From NCBI GenBank assembly GCA_013239625.1, contig MU054220.1, positions 4,403,374-4,467,373 on the forward strand: a stretch of DNA of 64,000 nucleotides, in the 5' to 3' direction. The position numbers and the translations under genes were made by a program. Below the pieces are notes generated by a model. The model was not told the origin of the DNA and ran no database searches. It saw only the letters and a list, made by a program, of their open reading frames with translations. This DNA is from Lama guanicoe (lineage: Eukaryota). Shown here piece by piece: positions 12,442 to 22,655 of the stretch. Numbering within the stretch: the stretch's first letter is position 1; each line of letters opens with the position of its first letter.

Positions 12442-12623
12442 TCACAGTCCCAGGTCAGAACAACAGCCTTCCAGACCCGAGGTTAGTATGACTCCCCGAG
12501 AGTAAGACTGGCTGGCGTCACTGGCTGGGAGGTCCTCCACTTCCTGGTTTATTGCATCCTCCAGTTGCTTCACTACCCAATCCTGCTCCTGCTCCACTAG
12601 CACCGTATAGAACCTTTGCATGG
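12442..12623 (-). CDS. ACCSL: ACCSL last coding exon (MQRFYTVLVEQEQDWVVKQLEDAINQ...CCSDLGL*)
   Basis: Acceptor ctctag ends at 12624 and the TGA stop is at 12444-12442. Phase matches exon 13. Confidence 0.92.
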
Positions 12624-15600
12624 CTAGAGGGTCCAAAGGGGGACAGAGAGGAATACTGAATGGGTTTGCCCATTGGCCCCAGATATACCCAGGTCACAGA
12701 AGACCACCCGAAAACCTCTCATTCAGGGATGCTGAACTTGAGCCCTCCCTTCCTTGGGATAGATGTCCACGTCTACCTGCTGCATGCCCGATGGCTCTTT
12801 TTGGTTTCGTTATCACAGCACCTGCCCACCAGATACCTTCATGGCTCATCAAATCCTGTAACCTGGCTTATGGCCTTGGCCTCACCATTGTCTACCTGCC
12901 TCTAGTGGTCCTTCACTCAGTCTGTTCTCCATATTAGCCTAAAAGATATCTGTGTAACATAAATGTTCTCTTATTCATTGCTATGTGCCCAGGAGGTAGA
13001 ACAGTGTTCTGCATGTGTTGAGATGCAATAGATAAAATGACTGTCATGTTTCTATAACCTTCAGAGGAGAATCTAAACTCCATAGCATAACATACAGGGA
13101 CGTCTATGTCACCTACCTGTCTTTCTCACCTAGGAGACCACAAGCCCCACAGGGCAGAGCTCCATTTCATGCTGGCTTAGTCCCAATGCCCTGCTCAAGG
13201 CAGACACACAACAGACACCTAGAAGGTGTAACATACCTCAAGTGCCTATCAATTCCTGTTTACAAAGGAGCTTAAAGATATGAAAGTGAAACAGAGGGCC
13301 TAGAAGGGCTGGAGCTATTGGCCGGTAAAGGCAGAAAAGGAAGACTCCACTATTGGGTTGTAGAGGGGTGGCTGGGGCATCTTTGAAGGATGCAGGATTG
13401 AGAGGTCAGCTCCACTTACCATGTTTTAGCAGGAGAGGTGTAGCTGCAAAGACGAGGCGGAACCAGCCAGGCTCCTTACACATAAAGGTCTTGCCACAGG
13501 ACAGTATCAGCTTTTTGTCCAGGAAGCGGCGATGGAGGAGCAACTCTTCCTCAAATGTGCATGGGTCCAGGTACTAGGGAGGACAGAGGCACAGAGCTGA
13601 GCCCAAGTCCCACCAAGCACATCATCTCAAGAACACCTGTCTTCACTCCCAGAGCTCACCTTTCTCAAGTTGATCCAGATATAGAGGCCAGAGCCATGAC
13701 TGAGAAAAGGGATCTTCGATGACTTCAGTTCATTAGTGATGAACCTGTGAGCCTCCTGCAGCCGGGAGCGGTTAGTGGGCAGGTACACATTGTCAATCCA
13801 TTCTGGATGGGTGGAGGAAGAGGGCTGTCACAGATCTCAGGGCTGAGATCTGCCAGAGGGTTCCTTACCAAATGCTACCTACCTGGGCTGCATGCCTTCT
13901 GGTTCCATCCAAGCCTGACTATATTATATTTGAGTCAACTGCTTTCATACTCAACACACCCACTTCTTACCTGTAGATTTGGTGGAGACACTGGGCTTCT
14001 CAGTATTTGAATAGGAATGTTCTGTTGAGTTTACACCCTGGGGCAATTAAGTCGGGGTATCCCCTAAACAGGGTTGATGCTGCTTTGTCAACTGAGCAAG
14101 TAGCAGGGACTCATAGCTCCTTACTTCCTGCCTTAGAGCCTCACAAATGGACTTTGAGGAACCCAGACATCCTGGGGGATGATCTTATCCCAACTGTTCT
14201 CAGCACTGACATCATATTAGATCCACCTGGGGCTTCTGAAAGGCAATGCCCAGGTTGTATCCCCAGACATATTAATTTGGAATCTTTGGGATGGTGCTCA
14301 CACATCAATATTTAAACCCTCCATGTAACTCCCATGTGCACCCAAGGTTGAGAACCAGTGTTCAAGAGGCTGGGAATCTGGTTTCTACCAAATAGCAAAG
14401 GACCTAGCACCATGCAGGGAGGCATCCAGTTGGATTTCTCCTATCTACTAATTTCCCAGCCAAAGCTAAAAGCAAATGGTTTTCTAAACCAGATTACCTG
14501 ATTACTTTTGTTTGTTTCATTATATCCCAGCTTTTAATTTAAATCCTCCAGCCATGAGGCCTGGCCTGGAATGGAGCTCCGTACCTCTGTCCTGGAGCAG
14601 CCGATGCAGCTTGTACTGGGTGATGCCAGAGATGCCATGAAGGTAGCCGAAAGAGCTCATGGCCAAGGCCACCTCCTTGTTATGGGTGTACAGAGTGCCA
14701 AAGCGGAAGCCAGAGATGCCGAAATCCTAGAGGAAGAGAAGTAGGGAAAGGAATACCTGGTTGGTCTGCCTTCTGCTCCCAGTGCCACTTCCTTCCCTAC
14801 CCAAGGATAGGCAGCTGGGGCTCACCTTACTGGTACCCCAGATCATATGGGTCTTGTTGGGGTCAGGCAAGCTGGAGAGGAGAAAGTACAAACAAGATCA
14901 TGCAGAAGTATTTGAAGGATGAAGACGTGGGGTCTATGAGGGGAAGATGAAAGTGGACTGGAGGTCCTTCCTAGACAGGAGGGCCTATGGGACCCAACAT
15001 TCAAGGAAACAGTTGCCCCACTTAAGCCAGGAAGTCAACAAAAGGTATTCTTGTGGAACTAGATGGGACAGCTCTCAAGTGCCCACTGACTGATGTCTGG
15101 GACCCTCAGCCTGGCTTGTGGTCTTCCTAAAGCTGCTCCAAAGCCACCTTCTCGGCAACTGGCTCTTCACACATGAGGGCCACCCACCACTTCTAAGATG
15201 TATCCACCTGTTTCTTACTGCCCCACCTTTTTGAATCTGTTCCTTCTTCCAGGCATGCACTTCCCTTGCTTTGGCTGCTGAATCCTATCCTAGGACCAAA
15301 TACCACCCTTAAGAAAGCTCTGCCCTATTTCCTTTGTTTCCCTGTACACTGCTTATCAAGAAGCTCCTACCCTGACCTTCTGTAGGGATTTATCCTGACT
15401 TCTGACAGTGCACTTTCTGCCTTTCCCTCCAGTTATCTTGTGTACAAAATGGCATTTAGAGAAGACGCTTGAAGGGAAAGCTGATGTTTTGGTCACTTTC
15501 ACACTCGTGGTGGCTGGTGGCTCTTAGCTCAGTTTCTAGCATGTAGCCAATTAAGTTTATTATAGCACATGAACTCAAAAGCAGAAACTTCATGGTTCTC

Positions 15601-18600
15601 ATTACCAACTTCAGCTGAGACCAACTCACCTCTCCATGCTCAGAACACTACGGAATGTGACGGACTCATCAAACACAGACAGCATGTAAATCTCATCTAT
15701 AATCACGTGTAGGCTGTACCTGCAGGTTAGACGAAAGGGGGAGAACGATATCTAGGATCTCTCTAATCTTCTCTTGCTTCCTTTTATGGTCTTCTCTGGA
15801 CACAGATCAGATACTCCTACTGCCCCGGCAGCCCACCCAACCCTTCCAAAAGGCATGGTAAGGTAGAAGAGGGTTGTTCACCAGAGAGGACTTTTCACCC
15901 TGACTTGAGGGTACTAGGAAGGAGTAGGACCTAAAAGACATGCATGAGAACATCTCCCTAACCCTTCAACCATCAAGCAGAGACCAACAGGAAGGGGCTG
16001 GGCATCCCAGGGAATTTTCGTCTGGTCCAGTCAGGAGCTTCCACTCAGGGCCTGATTTGAATAGTGATATTCAGGGGGCTAAGGGCTCATGTACATCATC
16101 TTTATTTTCCCAGCAGCCCTCTTAAGCAGGACTGTTCCCTCCAACTCACAGATGAAGAAACTAAATTTCTGAGATATAAAGTTAATTCCCACAATTAGCT
16201 GGTGCTAGAGCTGGAATGTGGACCTACTTCTGTCAAATTCTGGCCCACGGCATCCAGCATTCTTCCTCTTGTCCCCATGCTCTGCCTTTAACTGATCTAG
16301 ATAGTTATGAAGTTTGAATAAGTGTGTTTCTTCCAGAAAATGGAAGACTGTCTACCCTAAGAGGGCTATTTCCAGACTCCAGAGAGAACTGATGTTAACA
16401 TGTTCTTAGGAATGGGCCATGAAAGTTCTACAGGGACACGTCTTCACCCCACAGGGTCTAAAAGTCTATCCTCCTTGGCACCTCAGGCCAAGTAGTTTGG
16501 GAAATGGATGCTGGGAGAAAGTACTTACGCTGCAAGAAGTGGAGAAGCAGCAGAACTATGTGATGCAGGTATGGGCACGTGGGCAAAGGCCAGAAAGGAA
16601 ACGGCAAAAGGGTTTGGTTGAAATAGGCAGCATGTGGGTGCTTTTCATTTCAATTTCCACTAGTTGTACATAACTTTACAAAGTACAAAGTAAGGATATT
16701 TAGGGTATATTATTTCTGGTTTTGACTTCTTGACTATAAGTGAGAGGGAACCCTTTTTAGGGACTTCATCTTGTCTCAAGGGGTGGAACTCATACTTCTT
16801 GGCAAATTCCAGATATTCCATCAGTGAGTCTTGGGAGTAGATGTGTCCCAGAGGATTCTGAGGGTTGATTAGCACGAGGCCTCGGACCTTTTTCCCCTAA
16901 AAAGAACCGAACAGGACCAAGTGAACACGAATCCTTCACATCTACATCAAGTTCAGAAAAGGATCAGGTCACCCAGTACCGGACACCTAATCAAGGCTTG
17001 GGTGAGATCCTGCAAGAACAACTATCACATTGCCCACAGAGTGGGGATCAGGCAGAATCTCTGGGTGCTGCCATAGACGGGGCTCAGGGCTCCTAGGGGG
17101 ACATGCCCCTGGGGCACTGCCTCTTTTGCAGAAGGAGCCCACAATGTCTAGGTCAACAAGTTGTAATACAGGAGTCTCAGTACTCAACGCCTTTCACGGG
17201 CAGCAGTGCTTACCCTGAAGACGTGGTTCCCTCCTTACCTCAAGCTTAGCATTGAACAGGGCTTGCTCCAGCTTGTCCACGGTGAGCTGGAATGGATGTG
17301 TGTTTGCATCACTGACCTGGAAGATAAACACTGCCTGAGAATTGCCTACCCGGAAGCTCCCAAGCCTTAATTTCTCATTCCTATAAACCCTGAGCAATCC
17401 TTTACCTTCATATTCAGGGCACTAGTCCCACATGCCTTCTTTGTCTTGATTTCTCCAACCTTCTCCCATCATCACTTATATGGGAGGAAAGCAAGGCCCC
17501 CTACACCTTTGAAATGCCCCTAGAACATTCCGTCTCCTAGATGGGCTGAGCAGGGGAAGGGAACCCATACTGACCTGACTCTCCAGGTTGACAGGAACTA
17601 GATCAACCTTCGCATACAGGTGGGTACTAAAGACGAAGCCACTATAGGTGGGAGTGGGGACCAGAAAAGCCTCTGAAAGCACAGAGAAACCAAGCTGTCA
17701 GTGCAGGGTCTCCTAGTCAGAACCTGCCAAGACCCCCGGGACCAGCAGCAACACAACCCTCAGAGAAGGTGGGCTGGGTAATCCCTCCTACTTAGAGATG
17801 AATGCCTTGGGGCACGGGCTCTATTAAAGTTATCCATTCTTATAAACATGATTTGGGGAACAAAACTCAAGTTTCCTCTTTGTGGGCACACTAAAGGAGA
17901 AAAGGGATGAATATTGCTGGAAGTGACTTGGAATCCAGGGACGCAAGCCAGGCTTGCTAGAAGGTAGAGCCCGGGTCATCCGGCAAGACTTGTCAGCTCC
18001 GGGTCAACAGTGGAGGCTGAGGTTCAAGCACAGGGAGGGCTCTTATTGCTCTGCGTGGCTCACATGATCTCACAGGCCTGGTGATATGATGGGTCCTTTC
18101 CTTCCCATCCACTCAGCCTCAATGATGAGCGAATCAAGGACCCACTCCTTTGAGTGAAACTGGCCATCTCGGTAACGAGCCACCCATGCAGCAGGCACAT
18201 GAAGATCTGAGGGTTTTGTTTCAGGTTGTTAAGAGGCATGGTTAAGAACAGATCTCTCAAGCCTTGTTTGGTCTAGAGCTCAGTTTTCAGGTTCTTTGTT
18301 TTGAGGAGACAGAAAATCTATATAGTTTAAGCCAGGTTACCAGGGTTCTCTGCTTTAGAGTTGAGATCAAAAGTCCAACACTATAATGAGTTGGCTCCCA
18401 TTGTCACCATTCCTGGGGCAGACCTCCTTGAGGATTGTCCCAAGTTACTATTAAATGGGAATCTAAATCCCTTGTTCCTACATAAATAGGGGTAAGACGT
18501 TCTAACCAGGGCAGAAGGCACACCAGCACTTTAGGGGAAAGGCCTGGAGTCAAGATGCTCTTCTCCCATAAGGCCAGTGCCCCGGTGCTCCTGCCCCGGC

Positions 18601-21600
18601 GCTGCTACTCCCGAGGGAGAGCAGAGCCCACTGACTTACCACCTGGATCACACAGAACCATGGCCAGTGCGGAGAAGACAGAGGAGCATCCGTTTAGAAC
18701 AACCACCTGAAGAAGATACACAGAAGGCAGAAGTCGAAAACCAGTCCCCATGGAAAGGGTAGTTCTCCTGTCTCCCTCCCCCTGGGAGGACAGACATAAG
18801 CAGTCTCCCCTCTAGGACCCATGGCCTTCCCTCCGCCCTGACTCTGAGGGGCTCCACTGGAAATGCAGAGAGGCCTCCAAGAGCACAGTCCTCCACCGGG
18901 GTGGCAGGAAGGCTGGAAATAGACTCACATTTTCCGGATCAAGGGGGGCCGGTGCCTTACAGTAGTAGGTCAGGAACTGGGCCACTTCTTCCCGCAGGCT
19001 GTGGACAGACTCAGAAAGACCGTGTGGTTCTCAGGCCCGTGAGCTTTCGTCTTTCACAGTCTAGACTTCAGTCTTTTTGACAGAGCAAAGCGTCCAACCT
19101 CCTTTTACAGGGCTCACAGGGGACTGAGGCTCTCAACTCCCCAGCTGACACAGACATTAACTGTGAGACTTTGGACAAGAACTGGGGCCTTTTGAATTAT
19201 AGGGCAGTGCACTTTCTACTACTCCAGCCTGCCTCTGATGGTATTTTGTGTTAGGCATTTTCTAGAAATCATTACACAAAGAAAAAGGTAGGTAGGCAGC
19301 GAACAGAGAATCTGGCACCTTGAGTCCTTCCTTGGATGAGGACAGGTGCCTGTGGACCAGGAGACCACAATCTGGAAGCTACTTACAATGGCTGCCCTCT
19401 CCAATCAGAATATTGCAGAAGGTCATCATCAATGTAGTTCATGTCACTCCGACTCAACTGTGGACAAATAGAGCATGAGGACAACCAGACCAGGGAAGCC
19501 CAAGAGGCTTCATCTCATTCCTAGGATGCACATGCATGTTTGTCCTACCACACGGGGCCTCCCGGAGGGAAATGGGTGCACATGCTACATGCTCCCTAAT
19601 GAAAGAAGCCTTCAATTCATTCTTGTCAAAGATTACACAGATAGATTATCACTGGGAAGTGTTCGACAACCCCCCCCAACTCTACATTTGGGCCAGAGGC
19701 TCCCTTGGCAGCTTACCTACCATATACCCACCCAGAGAACACTTCCTAACACAGCAAGGCCAGCCAGGAGGCTAGACGTGCTATTCTAGAAGCTATTTCC
19801 TCACTCCCTTTCCCAAACTTCTAAGTCTTATTCCTGTATCTACCGCATGCCGAAGAACATTCTGGAGGGCTCACGCCTCAAGGTGGGTCCCAGCACAGCC
19901 CCGAACATGGCTTACCCTTTCAGTCAGCAGATCAGTACAGAGCTTGTTCTCACTGGTACCAAGGTTGATGAAGCCCTGGAGATGGATGGAATCTAATCTC
20001 AGTTCTCTTGCCTTGCCCTTGCTGACCCCTTTAAAAATGGCCCAAGTACTCATGCTAGCTTAGCTCAGATGGAGATCTCACTGCTCCATGAAGCAATGCA
20101 ATCCATGTTTGACAACTTTAATGTTAGAAAAATTTCCACAAACGCATCTTATGGCTTGCCAATCTCCCCCTTTAGAGCCATGTAGATAAAAATAATAGTT
20201 ATATTATGTACCAGCTATCATTCACTGAGTTCTTACCATGTTTCAGACGCTAGATTAAGTGCTTCATGTATATTGCGTTAATTCTCCTGAGAAAAAGTTC
20301 TGTTATGATCTCTGCTTAAAGAGAGTGAAGCTCAGAAAGGTTGAATAAACTACTAACCATGTGACCTTGGTGATGGGCAGAATTTCACCTGCCTGGCCCC
20401 AGAGCCTGGGTCCTTAACAACCACAGGCCCTGCCTGTATCCACCTCTGCTATTTCCACTTCCATGGAAGGGCCCTTCAAGTTACTGGAAGAGGTATGATC
20501 CCTCAGAGGCCAGTGGAGATACCTGACTCATTTGGTCCCCAGAAAAGCAGACGGCCACTGGCCACATATCACTTAGGTGGTTACAGAAGGAAAGGTGTGA
20601 CTAGTGTAGTCCTCCGCCCTCTGGCTGGAGAGCTGTTGTGAACCTCCCTTGCTGGAAAGCCTTCTGCTGATCCCCGTCACCCTTAGGATAACATCCTAAT
20701 GCCTCACAATGGCCTAACTCCATCCATATCTCGTGTTCCACCACTGTCTCTACTCTGGCCACAAGGACCTCCTTTCCCAGTCACTCCAAGCTCTTCCCAC
20801 CTTAAAGCATTCACACATGCTGTTCCTCCATCCTGGAGCCCCCTGGCCCCGTGCCCTGACCACCACAGATTCAGACTTTAAAACACCCTCCCTGCCACTT
20901 TAAGCAGGCATCCCCTTTGTGCTCTTGGAAACACTATTCATATTCATTTCTCCAATGACTGACCCAGCTCGTCAGCTTTCTTGGCCACATCACCTTGTTT
21001 CTGTGCCCATCCCCTGCCCTTAAATATAAGAAGACAACAGTGCCTACTTCATGGGGCTGGGAAGAGTCAGTGAGAGGGCACAGTACTCGGCACAGGACTG
21101 AATAAATCCTAGAGATGGGGGCCCTCGAATATGTCCCCCATCCTCACCAAAGTGTTCTTGTCCTCATGGTATTTGTTTCCTTGGTAGGTGTTGTAGTCCT
21201 GGAAGCTGGCGTGGTATAAAGCAGAGGTTTCAATCCCACGGTTGGACAGGACATAGTTGATAGATGTATCTTCAAAATTAGTCAGTTGGTAAAATATCTT
21301 GTAAATCTGCTTGGATACTTGGGCCTGTTCCCTACTTCTGACATCACCCTTAGAGTCCTCAGAATGGCAAGGTGGTTGGAATTTCTGGCCTCCGGTGGCC
21401 CCAAACTGTAGGTAGTTGACCATCTGGAACATTAAGCGACCCAGGAGGGCTTCCTGCCCCCAGATGGGCTGATTGTGCCTCTGCTCCTCTGGCACCAGGT
21501 CCTGCTGCTGGTGCCTGGTCGCCAGCTGTGTGATGTGATCCGCCACGGTCTGCTGCAAGGATAGCACCATCTCCATCAGCCAGGTGTGGATGCTATGGTT

Positions 21601-21678
21601 CCTGAAGGCCTGGTCCCACACCTGGCCGTCAGACATGTGGGGGATGTCTGATGGGTTACTCCTACTCTGGGTACTCAT
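12442..21678 (-). CDS. ACCSL: ACCSL (ACC synthase-like protein 2), complete 14-exon CDS, 1833 nt / 610 aa
   Basis: join(21678..21148,19975..19916,19457..19387,18998..18929,18706..18640,17672..17575,17316..17239,16896..16796,15719..15630,14871..14826,14726..14585,13802..13660,13573..13420,12623..12442). All introns are GT-AG and the frame stays open throughout. Family motifs present: LGTSEN, PTPTYSGF, NPQNPLG, DEIY, TSKDFGISGFRFG, EPGWFRLVF. Confidence 0.96.
13420..13573 (-). CDS. ACCSL: ACCSL coding exon 13 (YLDPCTFEEELLLHRRFLDKKLILSCGKTFMCKEPGWFRLVFAATPLLLKH)
   Basis: tag|...|gtaagt, 154 nt. Confidence 0.95.
13660..13802 (-). CDS. ACCSL: ACCSL coding exon 12 (WIDNVYLPTNRSRLQEAHRFITNELKSSKIPFLSHGSGLYIWINLRK)
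   Basis: cag|...|gtgagc, 143 nt. Confidence 0.95.
14585..14726 (-). CDS. ACCSL: ACCSL coding exon 11 (DFGISGFRFGTLYTHNKEVALAMSSFGYLHGISGITQYKLHRLLQDR)
   Basis: tag|...|gtacgg, 142 nt. Confidence 0.95.
14826..14871 (-). CDS. ACCSL: ACCSL coding exon 10 (LPDPNKTHMIWGTSK)
   Basis: cag|...|gtgagc, 46 nt; ends with the Schiff-base Lys codon at 14828-14826. Confidence 0.95.
15630..15719 (-). CDS. ACCSL: ACCSL coding exon 9 (YSLHVIIDEIYMLSVFDESVTFRSVLSME)
   Basis: cag|...|gtgagt, 90 nt; contains the DEIY PLP-binding motif. Confidence 0.95.
16796..16896 (-). CDS. ACCSL: ACCSL coding exon 8 (GKKVRGLVLINPQNPLGHIYSQDSLMEYLEFAK)
   Basis: tag|...|gtatga, 101 nt. Confidence 0.95.
17239..17316 (-). CDS. 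ACCSL: ACCSL coding exon 7 (VSDANTHPFQLTVDKLEQALFNAKLE)
   Basis: cag|...|gtaagg, 78 nt. Confidence 0.95.
17575..17672 (-). CDS. ACCSL: ACCSL coding exon 6 (AFLVPTPTYSGFVFSTHLYAKVDLVPVNLESQ)
   Basis: cag|...|gtcagt, 98 nt. Confidence 0.95.
18640..18706 (-). CDS. ACCSL: ACCSL coding exon 5 (VVVLNGCSSVFSALAMVLCDPG)
   Basis: cag|...|gtaagt, 67 nt. Confidence 0.95.
18929..18998 (-). CDS. ACCSL: ACCSL coding exon 4 (LREEVAQFLTYYCKAPAPLDPEN)
   Basis: cag|...|gtgagt, 70 nt. Confidence 0.95.
19387..19457 (-). CDS. ACCSL: ACCSL coding exon 3 (LSRSDMNYIDDDLLQYSDWRGQP)
   Basis: cag|...|gtaagt, 71 nt. Confidence 0.95.
19916..19975 (-). CDS. ACCSL: ACCSL coding exon 2 (GFINLGTSENKLCTDLLTER)
   Basis: cag|...|gtaagc, 60 nt. 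Confidence 0.96.
21148..21678 (-). CDS. ACCSL: ACCSL coding exon 1 (531 nt; MSTQSRSNPSD...YQGNKYHEDKNTL)
   Basis: ATG at 21678 and donor gtgagg at 21147. An upstream acceptor with a polypyrimidine tract lies at 21705-21722. Confidence 0.9.
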
Positions 21679-22099
21679 ATGGGCCTCAGCTGGCTGGCTA
21701 GAACCTGCAGAGAAAGAGAGACATTCCACTGCAGCAGAGGAGACTCCCTGAGCCTCAGGTCCAGGCCTGAGCTCAGGCTGGTCACTGGTCCCTCCTCCCG
21801 CCAGGCCTTGGCTGTAGGCCCAAACTAGTTCAGGAAGAGCTGCCTACTCATTCAAGGGCAATGCCTAGGTGGCCCCCAGCCCAGGCACTGGAGCACCGTG
21901 TCATTAACACGTGCTCTGAGGAAGAGCCTTAGGGGCTACTTTGAGAAAAAGGGGGGAACTGAACAGGTAGGTTGTGGATTCTTCAACCACAGCAATTCCT
22001 GCTTCATGGAGTTCTAAGTGAGAAAAGGGATTCTGCTGCTAAAAACAACAACAAAACAAAAACAAAAACAAAATAAGCAAGACATGTCATTCTTTTAGA

Positions 22100-22322
22100 A
22101 TAGGGGTAAGAAAACTACCGCCCAAGGGCAAACTAGCCTTCCATTTGTTTTTGTAAATAAAGTTTTATTGGAACACAGCTGTGTTTGCTTGTTTCTGTAT
22201 TATCTATGACTGCTTTTGTACAACAGCAGCAGAGTTGAATAGTTGTGACGCAGCTCACGTGGCTCACGAGGCCTAATATATTTACTATCTGGCCTGACAC
22301 AGAAAAAGTTCCTCAACTGCTG
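22100..22322. mobile_element. MER58-like hAT-Charlie DNA transposon
   Basis: gtttttgtaaataaagttttattggaacacagc...cagcagagttgaatagttgtga...tatttactatctggcc. Confidence 0.8.
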
Positions 22323-22494
22323 TTCCAGAATGTCAGCCCTACTTTTTGCCTTTTTTCCCCAAGTTGGCCTTACCAGATGTTCAAAGCTCAGTCCTTCCAG
22401 TCCCCTGCTTCGTATCACTTCCTGTGAATGCCTTTCACCTGCTCACTGTGACAGCCACCTTGGACTTCCATCACTGGTAACCATGGGTAAGAGC

Positions 22495-22655
22495 CATGGT
22501 TCTCGAACTTTAAAGTCCACCGAAATCATTTAGAGGGTTTGTTGGGACACAAATGGCTAGTCCTCATCACCAGATTTTGTTTCAGTAGGTCTGGGGTGGG
22601 GGCTTGAGAATCTGCGGTTCTAACAAGCTCCTAGAACTGTATTTTGAGAACCTCT
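22495..22655. mobile_element. MER5-like DNA transposon; similar copies near 14200-14360, 27430-27580, 58170-58320 and 62800-62920
   Basis: tggttctc...tcagtaggtctggggtggggg...ttctaacaagctcc...ttgagaacc. Confidence 0.7.

Noticed and set aside
21679..21729. ORF-track N-terminal extension MECLSFSAG... of ACCSL
   Set aside because: It starts at GTG and runs through the polypyrimidine tract and acceptor, so it is intronic or UTR sequence.
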